A DNA stretch of 63,301 nt, the filler included. It is 12 parts of 12 records of this genome, joined end to end, with 100 filler letters (N's around TTAATTAATTAA, not from the genome) between each part and the next. Parts side by side here need not be neighbours in the genome. Positions count along the whole stretch, not along the records: positions 37,588 to 41,331 come from SRR7504441_10433; positions 41,432 to 47,041 come from SRR7504441_10434; positions 47,142 to 58,823 come from SRR7504441_10435; 9 more parts are not named here. One strand, written 5' to 3'. Positions 37,588 to 49,172 of the stretch are shown one piece after another (within the stretch, counting starts at the first letter, position 1; the number at the start of each line of letters is the position of its first letter). The notes under the pieces were generated by a model. That model did no database searches, was not told where the DNA came from, and saw only the letters and a program-made list of their open reading frames with translations. Both the position numbers and the translations under genes were made by a program.

Positions 37588-39027
37588 TGCAGCCTTTGGG
37601 ACATGGCGCGAGCAAGCTGCCGAAGCGAAGCATCAGGAGGCGGCACTGAGGAGGGGTCTGATGCGGATGGTGCATGCCAAGATGGCTGCAGCCTTTGGGA
37701 CTTGGCTGGACACCGCCCGAGAGGGGCGTGAGGCCGCGCAGAAACTGCGTCGCGGGTTAATGCGAATGCTGCAAGTGAAACTTGCAGCTTCTTTTGGAAC
37801 ATGGCGAGAGAAAGCTGCTGAGAGCCGCGAGGCTTACGACCGCATGCGCAGGGCGCTTGGGCAGATGATGAACAGGGCTCTTGCTGTCGGTTTTAACACT
37901 TGGCATTTCAAGTATCAGTCTGAAAAAGAGTTACGCGAGCAGCACGAAGCTAAGATGAGGCAAGCACTACTTCGAATGCAGAATCGAGCATTAGCTGCTG
38001 GTTGGTTGAAATGGCGTTCTGATTACCTCGAGGCAAGAGCCGAAGCAGAGAGAAGGCAGCAGCTTTTGACCACAGCTGCACTCAGGATGAAGCATCGTCA
38101 CAGTTTCATGGCTTGGTCCACTTGGCAGTCCGAAATGAGATGGGGGGTCATCCGAGCAGCAAGGGCGCAACAAGCGCTGATTGAAATGGGCAAGTTTCGA
38201 TTAGAAATGGCTTTCGACTCCTGGATTGAAATTTCTGATGCAGAAAAGAGGCTTAGCACTGGCGGTGCTAAGCTAGGGGTCGGGGCGCTCCGTGAACGCA
38301 TCAAGCTGCTGATGAGTGATCCAAATTCGAAGGCCCAGTTTGAGTCAGCGATGATACACAACTTGGAGCAGAAGAACGAGGCTTCCATGCAGGAGGTTCA
38401 GGCGCTGAGAGCCAAGCTTGAGCAACAGGCTAAACCAGAGTCACGCGACGTGCGCAATCTGAAGTCAGAGCTGTCAAGAAATGAGACCAAGCTCCAGCAG
38501 TCAGAATTTAGAGAGAAAGAGCTTCAGAGGGAGGTGGACGACTTGAAGAAGCAAGTAGACCGCGAGAACGACAGAGGGGCGGGGCACAAAGACGACTTAG
38601 AAAAAATGCGAGCAGAGCTGAAAGAGGCGCATGCTCTGATCGCATCGTTGCAGGTGGATTAATAGTAAGTGCTGAGACTGATTATATGTGGCAGACTGGG
38701 AATAAGAATCCAATCAACTCAAAAGAGCTCGTCGTCTTGCGCGTGCAACTAAAGGAAGCTAAGGCAGCCCTCAAATCCAGCAACATAGAGGTGATCAAAA
38801 TGATACTTAGAGAGAAAAATAACCCCTTGCAGGTGGAAGAGCTTCGCAGCCAAGTGTCGAGCAATTCACCTACCAAGGAGAGAGTAATGACTCCTGCTAA
38901 GAAACGTGGCAACACACCCTCTAGAAGCCGTGGCAGCTCTCCGTTCCGGTCACCATCCCGCGGTAAGAGCGAGGACCCACAAATAAGGAGGATGCTAGAT
39001 CGCCTCGAGAACGCGAACGGACAGTAA
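37588..39027 (+). CDS. Sfi1-like (centrin-binding) repeat plus coiled-coil protein; 5' partial
   Basis: About 30-aa repeats L.RM....LAAAF.TW (MAAAFGTW, LAASFGTW, LAVGFNTW, LAAGWLKW, FMAWSTW), then a coiled coil. Confidence 0.65.
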
Positions 39028-39274
39028 ATGATAGCTATAACCGTATAATACTTACTACTTAAAATTGGAATCGGACGTAAACGATTTGAGTGCACTTGTT
39101 CCGTTGTTCCAGAGGTCGAGTTTATTGTAGGCCAGTGTGCACTGTAGTACTCGTATACTTACGTAGGTTACTACCGGTGCAAGTACACGGCCCCGATCTA
39201 GCCCCGATCGGGGGCCAAGTACACGTCGGTAATTGACACAGTTGATCAACAATGCATGCACATGGCGTTGCTGG

Positions 39275-41331
39275 TCAAGACATCACAAATATAGGCTCAT
39301 CAAGAACAGTAGAGGAGTCGCCATTCACCACAACCACTTGCTTCTCGTCACCAACTATTGTGCACTTTGAGAGACAGCCTCGTCCGCCATCATAGGCCAT
39401 CAGCGCAAATGTCCCATAAGTTGCGCCATCCGCAATTCGGCAGTCAGTCACTACTGGGTCGCCTCGAGTGCTAATAGATATCCCGGAGGTATGATTTTTC
39501 GAAAATGTACAGCCATCAAATTGCCCTTTCCCATTCTCAAACACAGTTGCACCTACGCTCATGCCGTCGTGAATATTGCAACAGCGAAATTCAGGATTGC
39601 TTTTGTCACAAATTGAGACCCCAGATTGGACGTTTTCATAAATGTCGCACTGACTCAACGATCCAGCGCTATTGTCAGTGAACATCAATCCGCTGTGCTT
39701 GCCATGATAGAACTTGCAGCAGTCAACAACTGGCGCAGTGCCGAAACCACGCACCTCCATTCCAGGGCCTTGGTTGTTGTGGATGTTGCATACCTGAATT
39801 GATCGATTTTCGAGCTGTGCCGCCACCGGGCTTTCGCACACAAAACCATCAGCAGTCTCGACCAGCTGGATTCCATGAACAGCTGCATCTACCTTTTGTA
39901 AAAATCTGCTGACCTCAAACCGACCCCACGCAATCCGCTCTGTCTGCCCTTCCCCTGCTTCCTGGAATAGCGTGTGGGCGGTTTCGAGAAATTCGCTCAG
40001 TGACGCCGATAGCAGAACAGAGAGGCAACAATTTTTGCACCATTTTCATGATGCTTTCGAGGCCCATCTCATCACTAGATCCATCGCAAAATCCCTGGAA
40101 TACCTTTGTCGCAATCTCAAGCATGAGGATCGAATATTTCTTCGCGTACAAGTCTGCTGCACGAGCACACACCCTGTGGCGCCAGCTAATGTTATCGCCT
40201 CCCCCGTCCATTTTTTCTCGAGTACGACTTCTCAACAGCAATCTGTTGTAGGACTGCTTGAAAAACCTGAAGAACTCGAGCAGATCCATTTCTTTTGCAG
40301 GACAATGCTTGACCTTCTCCCTCATTGCCACTTGTTGCTGCTTTAGGTCGTCCATATTGGCCCGAAATGTGCCAGAATTCTGCATCTGCCGCTGCGCAAA
40401 TTTAAGAAGGCTGTCTAATCTTTCGCCTCCAAGAGCATCCTCATTATATGCTACTAGTGAGTTGAATTCAGTCCTGAGATCTCTGAGTAAGTCGGCAAAA
40501 GGATCAGCCTGGCGCGTTGTTGAAATCGAGTGATGGGAAGGCGCTTCCGCATGCGACGGTTTGAACTCATCCCATTCAGTAGCGCTGATCAATTTGGTGT
40601 AAGGCTGATCTCCGAGCAGTTTCACAAACTCAGGAAATTCTAACACCTCCTTCTTAGCTGTGCCATAGAATCGAGCAAGCACCTGTGATACCTGTTCCTC
40701 TACACTTGCTTCAGAATCCTCGTGCTGTGTTCGCGCAATAAGCAGCCCAAGGGCCTTCCTCGAGAGTCGACGTGGCATCGGCAAGGTGTCGTTGATGGCT
40801 GATCCTCGACGTGTACCTCTGCTTTCGCCTGGGGGCTGGCCTGAAACTTTAGTAATCTCATCGCATAGTTTCTCGGCTGCTTTTAAAAGTAAGCTGGCTT
40901 GTTCATCTCTCGGAGAAATTTCTGTGGCTAGCAATGGCGCAGGATCGGGTGTTATTTCCACAGCTTGGAGCGCTGTCACAGCTCGAGAAGCAAGTGTGGG
41001 CATCTTCTTACGTAGCGGCTCTGGCACCAACACGTCGTAGGGTTGATCACCTAGCATCCTAATGAACTCAGTGAGTTGGATGGAGCCATCATCATCGGTG
41101 TCATACTTCTCTAGAATAATCCCCGCACGAAGTTTAGCCTCCTCGGGAGTTGCCTCAGCCTCACCGCACGCGACTGCAACCATTTGAACCACCTAATCAA
41201 ATAAATGCGTTAGCACAAACGAGAAAGATTGTTAACCTGACAGAGCTCAGACACTTCAAGCTCTCCAGAATCGTCACTATCCAATGTTGCAAAGAGAAGT
41301 TGCGTGGCACACGCCAGAAAACTTTCAATAT
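39275..41331 (-). CDS. EF-hand protein with C-terminal right-handed beta-helix (CASH/FBXO11-like repeats); 5' partial
   Basis: EF loop DTDDDGSIQLTEF, and beta-helix repeats CNIHNNQGPG, CDIYENVQSG, CNIHDGMSVG and CTFSKNHTSG. Confidence 0.7.
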
Positions 41332-41654
41332 NNNNNNNNNNNNNNNNNNNNNNNNNNNNNNNNNNNNNNNNNNNNTTAATTAATTAANNNNNNNNNNNNN
41401 NNNNNNNNNNNNNNNNNNNNNNNNNNNNNNNTAGAGCAAGAGGCTTGTGTACCGCGACATGGCTTTACTGAGCGTGACATGATTAATCATATTATTGCAA
41501 TTGTCAGGGCCCATGTGCAACAGTGAACACAACATTACAATCATGTCTCAACAATCATGTCGACATGTGCACATTGAGAACTCATTGAGCCCGGGACTGG
41601 CACCGTCTGACGCACACTACTGACGCTATTAATCTGGCGCTTAATCTGCCTAAA

Positions 41655-43600
41655 TCACTGTATCGAGGCGAGTGTGGCCTCTACATGATCGGTCATTGAG
41701 GCAAGCATCAGCTGGAAGTTACGGTGCAGCTCCAGGTACATTCTGTCCCAGACCGCCACCACCTCAAACACCTTGTGCTCGCACAGCGGCTCCAGCTTGT
41801 GTTGCTGATACACCCTAGGCAGCTCAGCTATCCAGTCCTCCGCCATCAGGCCTTGGGCCTGGCTTTTCTTGGCCTCCACCAGCTTGAACAGCGTGCCCAG
41901 CTGCTCCATCATCAGACTCATCTTCTCCACCGTCTGCCGGGCTTCTCGCCTCAGCCTGGCGGCCTCCAGCTCGGCCGCTCTCAGCCCTCTCTGCCGGTCA
42001 AGCTAAGCCACACCGGTCAACACCAGCCGCACACCTTAGCACTGTCCAACTCCGCCGCTGCCCGGGCTGCCGCTTCCCTCGCTGCGGCCTCCAGTGCTGC
42101 AATCTCGGCTTGCTTCTGCAGGCCCCACGCAAGCTCACACAGTGCGGCAACCCAACACACCGCTTCGAGCGCCGCCTGTGCTGCGGCCTGCGCGCGCGCC
42201 ATCTCCGCCCGCACCTCGGCGAGCGCCTGCTGACTTCTCTTAGCGGCCTCGTCCAGCTGGGCCTTGAGAGTAAGAGCGTCCCTCTCAGCGTCGGTGAGCC
42301 CGTCTTGCGGACCCAGCTCCTTCGACTTGCGGACCCAGCACGTTATAGCCGCCAGCTGTGCCTCCATGAACCAGCGAGCGGCCGCCCGGCGCATCATCCG
42401 GACCGCGCGATCCTTGGCCATCTGGTCAGTCCAGTTTTGGTGCCACTCGCTCACTGCCTCCGACATCTCCCTGTGCAGCATCCGTTTGAGCGCGCGTGCC
42501 ATTACAGCCGCAGCTGCTGCGTTAGCGTTCATCAAAAGCTGCAGTTGGGCGAACTCGGCCTCCTCGCGCTGCTTTCTGGCCAGTTCTTCTGCCAACCGCC
42601 GCTCCCTGGCCCGAGGAGTGATACGGCCAGCCACGGGAGGCCACTCACTGCTCCATCTGCTCACGGATCTGGGCCATCTCGTCCTTCAGCTGCTGGCTAA
42701 GCTCTTTCTCGGCCATGTACATCTCCAGATACTTCTGCGAGTTCTGCCGGGCCCGCTCCAGCTCCTGCCCGGCCGTCAGCCCGTGCAGCGCTCAGCTCGA
42801 CCTGCAGCAGCGCATCTCTCTCCCGCCTGAGCGCGTCCCGCTCTGCCTCCACGTCCGCCAGCGTGTTCAATGGCCGCCACAGGTACAAGCAGGCGTCGGC
42901 GACCAGATCGTGCAGCACCCGGAGCGCCCCACGCTGGTCGCTCAGCCCGTCGATCTCGCTGCACGGGCCGTGACCAGCGATGGCTGCTGGGCGCACCTGA
43001 ACTGCATCCTAAACCCGTTTTCAAACGCCCGGCCGGAAGAGCTGGCCACCGCCTGGATCGCCGTGCCCTTGTTCACCCCGACAAGGCAGACGGGCACGTG
43101 CTCGCCTGGCCACGCTCAGAGCCGCTGGCCGCCTCCCGCACCGAGCGTCTCCTTGATCTGAGGCAGCCAGAAGCCCTTGGCGTGCTCGAACGTGAGCGCC
43201 TCTTGCGCGTCGTACATGATGACTGCGCCACGTCCGCCGTCAAACCACGGGCCGATCACCGAGCCGTAATTCTGGAGCACCTGCCCGCAGGCTCGGCCCC
43301 TCACGCCAGCAGCACACGCCTGTCCGCCGGCGTCCCAGATGTCGGCGGTCACTGCGGTCTCGCTGATGGTGAACACGCGCTCACAGTGGCGTGGGCCGTC
43401 GGTGGGCTCGACCAGGCTTGGATCGGCCGTGAAGAAGTCACAGTCGGTCAGGTTGGCCAGGAACGTTGTCTTGCCCACACCGGCGTCGCCCACCACCAGA
43501 ATCTTGGCTGCCGTCCCATCATGAGCCAGCCCAGAGCCCAAGGGATACCATGCGTCTTGAGCTCATCCTCGGCGCTCTGTGGCTGGACCCCTTCCGACAT
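41655..43600 (-). CDS. Rab-like small GTPase domain fused to coiled-coil/Sfi1-like repeats, multi-exon
   Basis: KILVVGDAGVGKT, DIWDAGGQ, IMYD and degenerate G4 (VGVNKG). The spliced frame continues without a stop into coiled coil and ALKRMLHREMSEAVSEWH. GC-AG intron 43281-43319. Confidence 0.7.
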
Positions 43601-43702
43601 GGCAGCTGCAGGCGCGTACCCGCCAACTGCGGCCAAAGTTCACCAGCTGCCTGCAGGCGAACCAGGCGCGGTGCTCGCCGGCTCACCCGGGTCGGCGTGG
43701 GC

Positions 43703-44926
43703 GATGCCCCGCCGTCTGCCTGCTTTCCTGACCAATAAGACCCCGCCGGCGCCTGCCCCGGCACCCAAGCGGAAAGAGCCACCCAAGCCCAAACCGGCCG
43801 CGCCCGCAGTCCACCGCGCTGGCTCCGTCCACTTACCGGCGCATGTGCAGTGCCCTGACGACATGGTGCCGCCGTCTTGGTCCGCTGGCGGTGACTGGCT
43901 CCGGGGCAGCTAGTCGAGAAGGCGGCACCGGGTTCGTTTGACCGTGCGCAGAAGATGCTGGGCAAAGGGTCGGTCTCGGTTAGCCGGCGGAGACTGGCCG
44001 GCCGCTGAACCACCGGCAGGAGCAGAAGGAGGCCGGCCCGGGAGAGTACACCGCAATCTGCAAGGGCTCGCGTGGCGAGCGCTACGAGATTGCGATCAAG
44101 CTGGCTGGGTCTGCGGTCGGCACCGCCGTGTGCACCTGCCCGGACCAGTGCCTCCCCCCGCTTTCCCACATGGGCCCGACCTGCTGGGCCAGGCGTGATG
44201 GCTGGTGCAAGCATGTTGTTGCAGCTCTCCTGACGCTCCGCCACCCCCCACCTGGCGCAGCGCCTGCGGCCGCACCAGTTGCCCCGGTCAGTTTGGCTGC
44301 TGCGCCAGCTGATGATGCACCTGCTGAGCCTGTGGCTAACAAGAAGTTTACGCCAGCCGGGCTGCGCAAGTGGGCCGAGTCGGTGCTTGCGGCCCACGAC
44401 ACTATCCAGGAGCAGCAGCAGTCACCAGCCAAGAAGAGCAAACCGTCACCCCAGAAAAAGCCGGCTCGGACTGCACGGGCTCGGCCGCCAGCTGTGCAAC
44501 CGATGCCCCAGCCGGAGCAGGTGAGGGCCAGACCGCGAAGGCGCTCAGCGGAGGGATAGGCTGCCATGCCGATGATGTCGGCAGCGGACTATGCCGCACT
44601 GCTAGGCCAGCCCAAACCAATCCAGGCTTCAGAGCCAACCAACAAGCCGGCTGCAAACACCACCAATCTGGCCACGCCAGCAGAGTGCGGGCCGCTGGCT
44701 GGCTCGTGTGAGTAAGGCATGGTAGGGAGGAGGAGACCTCGTCTGATGACGATGCGGTTGATATATGGGATATCGCTCAGCAGCAAAGTGCAGCCAAGCA
44801 AGCCAAAGCCAAGCCGATTAGTCCACCGGCCACCAAGCCAAAACCATTAGCTACAGATTCAGCCAGCTTACCATCGTTTGATGAACTAGTGAAGGGCAAG
44901 CCCACCCTGAGCTTGGACGACATCTG
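43703..44926 (+). CDS. SWIM zinc-finger protein, multi-exon
   Basis: GSRGERYEI...CTCPD...WCKHVVAALL (CxC...CxH); flanks are Pro/Ala/Lys-rich; 3' end approximate. Confidence 0.7.
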
Positions 44927-45086
44927 ACCCATCTTCTGGGCCGTTGATACGAGTGTATTCAATGTACGTACTTTATTGATACTCGTGTTGTACATGTCAT
45001 GATCCTCGTTCAGTTACGTTCTAGATTGCACTAGAGTTTGCGTACATGTACTTTAATGTACAGTTAGTTGTATTTGAATGAATCAT

Positions 45087-46861
45087 TTAGCTCTCAAGGG
45101 AGTTCATTAGTTTGTTGCAGCCCATGGGCTTGTCGAGCTTGTTATTGTGGCACCAGGCACTGAAGGCTTGACGCGCAACCTTCTGCTTGGCCGGATCGCG
45201 CACGAACACCCTGCCCGATACAGTCAGCTAAGGCACAGTCAGGACTTGACTCACTTGATTGACTTCTGCAAGAAGCTCCTCGGCAGCTTGCCCAGCAGCA
45301 GCTGATCCTCCACTTCCCGGCCCTCCCAGGTCTCCTCTTCAGCATCAGACTTCTCGTAGAACCGCATGCATTTGACTGGGTTGGACTCCTTCTTGGTTGG
45401 GTGCCCATAGTGGATCTTACCCTGCTCTATCATGATGTCCTCCCGGCACAGAGCGTTGCCCGCAGCTGTCGTCCGCTGCTTCACTGGCGGCTGCTGCGAG
45501 CAGACCAGTTCCTCGTCCTCCTCTTCGGACTTGAGCTCACTCGCCTCGCGCTGCGCGCTGCTGCACTTGACCACAGCGTCAATGATCTGCGCGTCCGTTA
45601 GCTTGCCGTCCAGCCACGAACACCCGCACGACATGCACCGCCGCACACCACTGCCAGGACTGAGCGCGACTGTACCGTCCGCGCGTTTCTCACACCCACA
45701 AAGCGAGACTGAGCCAGCCATCTGATACAGCTGTCGAGATTCAATCCGGGCGATCAGCTTCTGGGCGGCCCGCAGATCGGGCTCGCCGGTGGGGTCGAGC
45801 CGCTTGACCTGATCCATGATTCCATCATCCATCTGCGCCAGGTACTCGGGCTTCTCCACACAGCTTGCTATTGTCTGGCCAGGACCACACCGCTCGCCGT
45901 CGGGATTAAGAGGATAGATGAGCAGGTGTGCGTGGGCCGCCAGAAGCATGTCGATCACCATCAATTCCACCTGCTTGGTACAACGGTGCTGGTACACCTT
46001 CTCGTGCATGTCGAACCGGTGTCTGAAGAAGTCGAGAGCCTCCGATGCCATCTTGCTCGGATAGCAAATCATGTGTGAGCCGTCCTCGATCCGGCAGAGT
46101 CGGGCCAGCTTGATGAACCGCCAGAAGTCATCTTTCATATTCACCCCGATGCAGTTGATCTTATCCCTCAGAAAGTAGTCAAGCTTGTCCATATCCAGAC
46201 CCGACCGCACATTGTTCACGATATCGTACAGAAAGTGTTTGCTTGGCTCACGGCCACGCCGGCTGGCCACCCCTCCTTTGATGTCGCTGCCCAGAATCAT
46301 CTCCTCGACGAACAGCACGTCCTTCTCGCTCAGTCCGTACTCAGCTGGGTCGATATTGTTCGCGGTCAGGAGGTGCTTAAACATGGCCACTGATCCCTTC
46401 TCGTGGCAGTGCCCTTTGACGCCCAGCTGGCCGATCACCCGCTCGAACACGTGCGAGAACGGCCCGTGGCCGAGGTCGTGGCACAGGCCCGCCAGCATCA
46501 CGCACAGCTGGTCGGTCTGGTCCACCCGCAGCTGCCCGCACACCAGCTCCGGCTGCTCGGCGCACAGCTGGGCCAGCAGCTCGCGGGCCAGGTGGGCCAC
46601 GCCGATAGAATGCTCGAACCGTGAGTGCACACCGCCTCGGAACACAAAGTGCGACGTGCCGAGCTGCTTGCACCGGCTCAGCCGCTGGAACTGCGGCGTG
46701 TCCATCACTCGAACGCAGAGCGCCGGCAGCTCGATTTGTCCGAGCACCGGGCACTGGCAGGTCTTGTACGCCCGCAGGTGCGACTCGCGCTTCCGCCGTT
46801 TGGCGGCCCGCCCCGGCTTGTCCTGCTTGTCCATACCGCAATCCATCAGCGTCCTCTGCAT
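45087..46861 (-). CDS. SAMHD1-like HD-domain dNTP triphosphohydrolase (no SAM domain seen)
   Basis: DTPQFQRL..CKQLG, HSRFEHSIGV, GLCHDLGHGPFSHVFE, DMDKLDY and R..MHEKVYQH. One intron near 45211-45254. Confidence 0.9.
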
Positions 46862-47355
46862 CCCAATGTGGTGGCTACGACACCTGCTGATGAGCAAGGC
46901 CCCTGTGCGTCCACCCGCGTTTTTAACGGCTTCCGGAATAAATTTTCTCCTTCCAGCCTATAGGGATCCCTACACGTACGAGTACCTACACTACAGTAGT
47001 CTACAGTACCGGTACTACTGGGAGACTTGTAAAACTCCCGCNNNNNNNNNNNNNNNNNNNNNNNNNNNNNNNNNNNNNNNNNNNNTTAATTAATTAANNN
47101 NNNNNNNNNNNNNNNNNNNNNNNNNNNNNNNNNNNNNNNNNGGCCTTGAGCCTTTCTAGAGCCCCGACTTTTTAATCAATGTACGTACTTATGCGATTAC
47201 TTATAATTATGCGATAAGCTTACAAGCAACTATTATAGCTGCGCGCATCAGCGCACGAGTAGCGTACGAGCGTACCGCCGTACCGTGACGAGCATATCAA
47301 AGTTGATACGATCAACGCTTCACAACTACCAGCTCGTCCTTGAAGCTCTGCAAGG

Positions 47356-49010
47356 TCAGACACCGATACGCGCAAGCTCGTGGCAAAGCTCTCGATCCCA
47401 ATGCTGTCCGAGCTCAAATTTTCCACCTGCAGCCGGCTGAAGAATCGGATTCTGGTCGCTCTGGTTGCTGAACGCTGGCCAGATAAATCCATCTGCTCGC
47501 GGCTCCCCATCTGCAGCTAGGCTGGTCCACAGCTGTCCGATCTGGCGCGCAAAGGAGGCTTCGGTTGGCGACCACTGGCATGAGGCGGGACTGATGGGGG
47601 GACCGAATACAAAGGTCGGCATTCCAAAGACGTATGAGATCTCTACAGTATGTGTCACACCAAACGTTGCCGGGTCGAAGTACAGATCGACGCAACCCGG
47701 GTCGGGCCAGCTGTGATTGAAGTGGTAAAAGTAGACAGGGCTGTCGTGAGCAGCTGCTGCCTCAGCCACCCAACGCATCGGGCAGACAAAGTCTAGTGCT
47801 GTTGAGAGAGCCGAAAACTGGCGTCTGTTGGCCGCAGCTTCCAAACTAGTGTTGGCGGTATGCATAGCAGGAAATAGGCGCAGCAGCGCAGGCAAAGTCT
47901 CGGGCGTGGGTCTCTTGCCGTTGGTGTACAGTGTTGCATTGATCTCTTGCACATAGCTGCTGGCGTCGAGGTGCTCGCTCCATGGAAACTGCTGGATAAA
48001 CAGAGCACTGTCGTTGGTGTTTGCTCCTGCGATCATGGGCACTCGATGAAACTGCCCACTCCGCATCATCTGCAACGGCTCGGCCGGTATGGTAAACCCG
48101 TCCACTGTAAATGCGGCCTGTCTGTCTTTGGTGGCTGCGTTATGCGGCACATTGCCCTGAACATCCAAGATCCTCTGCACACTCAGCTTTCCTAGGCAGC
48201 CTCGGCTGGCGTTCCCAGCGCACCCAAGCTGGGCCGATAGCTGCTCAGTCCGTTGGACGCTCCAACCACGGGTCCATGTGTGCGTGGTCCCTGATTGCAT
48301 GACAGCCGCACTGAACAACCGAGCCGAATCGGGAGAGACCAGGTGCTTGTGCACACTGCTGCCGCCAGCTGACTGCCCAAACAGCGCCACGCGCCGCGGG
48401 TCTCCACCGAAACGTTCGATGTGCGCTTGCACCCAGCGGAGCGCCGACTGCTGATCTAAGAGCCCTGCCACAAGCGCACGCATCACCCCCCCGCATGCCC
48501 GCACCGCGCACCCCAATTTCCAGTGGTCGAGCCTTCGTCCTCCGCAAAGCTCAGGAAGCCAAGCAAGCCGATCCGATAGTTGATGGACACCACCACCACC
48601 CCATGCTCGGCTGCCAGGGCCGATCCGTTGTAGCTCGCCTCACCGCCGAACGCCAGTCCGCCGCCGTAGATCCACACGAGCACCGGCCGGGGCGGTCCCG
48701 CGGGTGCCGCCGGCCGCCACAGCGACAGGCTCAGGCAGGCCTCGGCCGTGCGGTTGTCCGGGATCTGCCCGGGCCACTGCGGGCACGAGTCCCCCCGGCG
48801 GACCGCCTGATACGCGGGGCCGTCCGACGGCGCGTACGGTTGGCTGCGGTCGATGGGCGGCCGCCACCGCTGGGCGTGCGCATACTCGAGCCCGAGGAAC
48901 TCGTCTGCCGCGGTGAGTGCGTGGCCGGCGATTGGCCCGAGCGAGGTGTTGACCACCACGCTGGCGCCGCAGACAGCTAGCAGTAGCGACCCGAGGACGA
49001 TCGAGCCCAT
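47356..49010 (-). CDS. Secreted type-B carboxylesterase/lipase, one intron
   Basis: Signal peptide, EACL, VWIYGGG, NYRIGLLGF, GNWG|LLDQ, FGGDPRRVALFGQSAG and GVTHTVEI. Confidence 0.92.
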
Positions 49011-49172
49011 CAAGTGTTGAGAGATCGTTACGGGCGTCTGCGGCAGTGCCGCTCCAGTGGCAGCCAACCGGCCTGATGGCGCGCAGAGGGGCGCTTCGGC
49101 CGCCGGACCCGACCGAGGTGGCTGTACCTGGGCCGGCATGCTGCTGTAGCCGGCGGGCAGGCGAACAGCCCG

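Noticed and set aside
35347-39027. Contig 8 coiled-coil ORF continuing into the contig 9 Sfi1-like ORF as one gene
   Set aside because: Same strand but separated by a linker; contig order is arbitrary.
28476-46861. ZNFX1-like and SAMHD1-like genes as an antiviral cluster
   Set aside because: They are on different contigs separated by artificial linkers, so there is no evidence of linkage.
33539-49010. Two carboxylesterases as a tandem duplication
   Set aside because: They are on different contigs and clearly divergent; ordinary family members.
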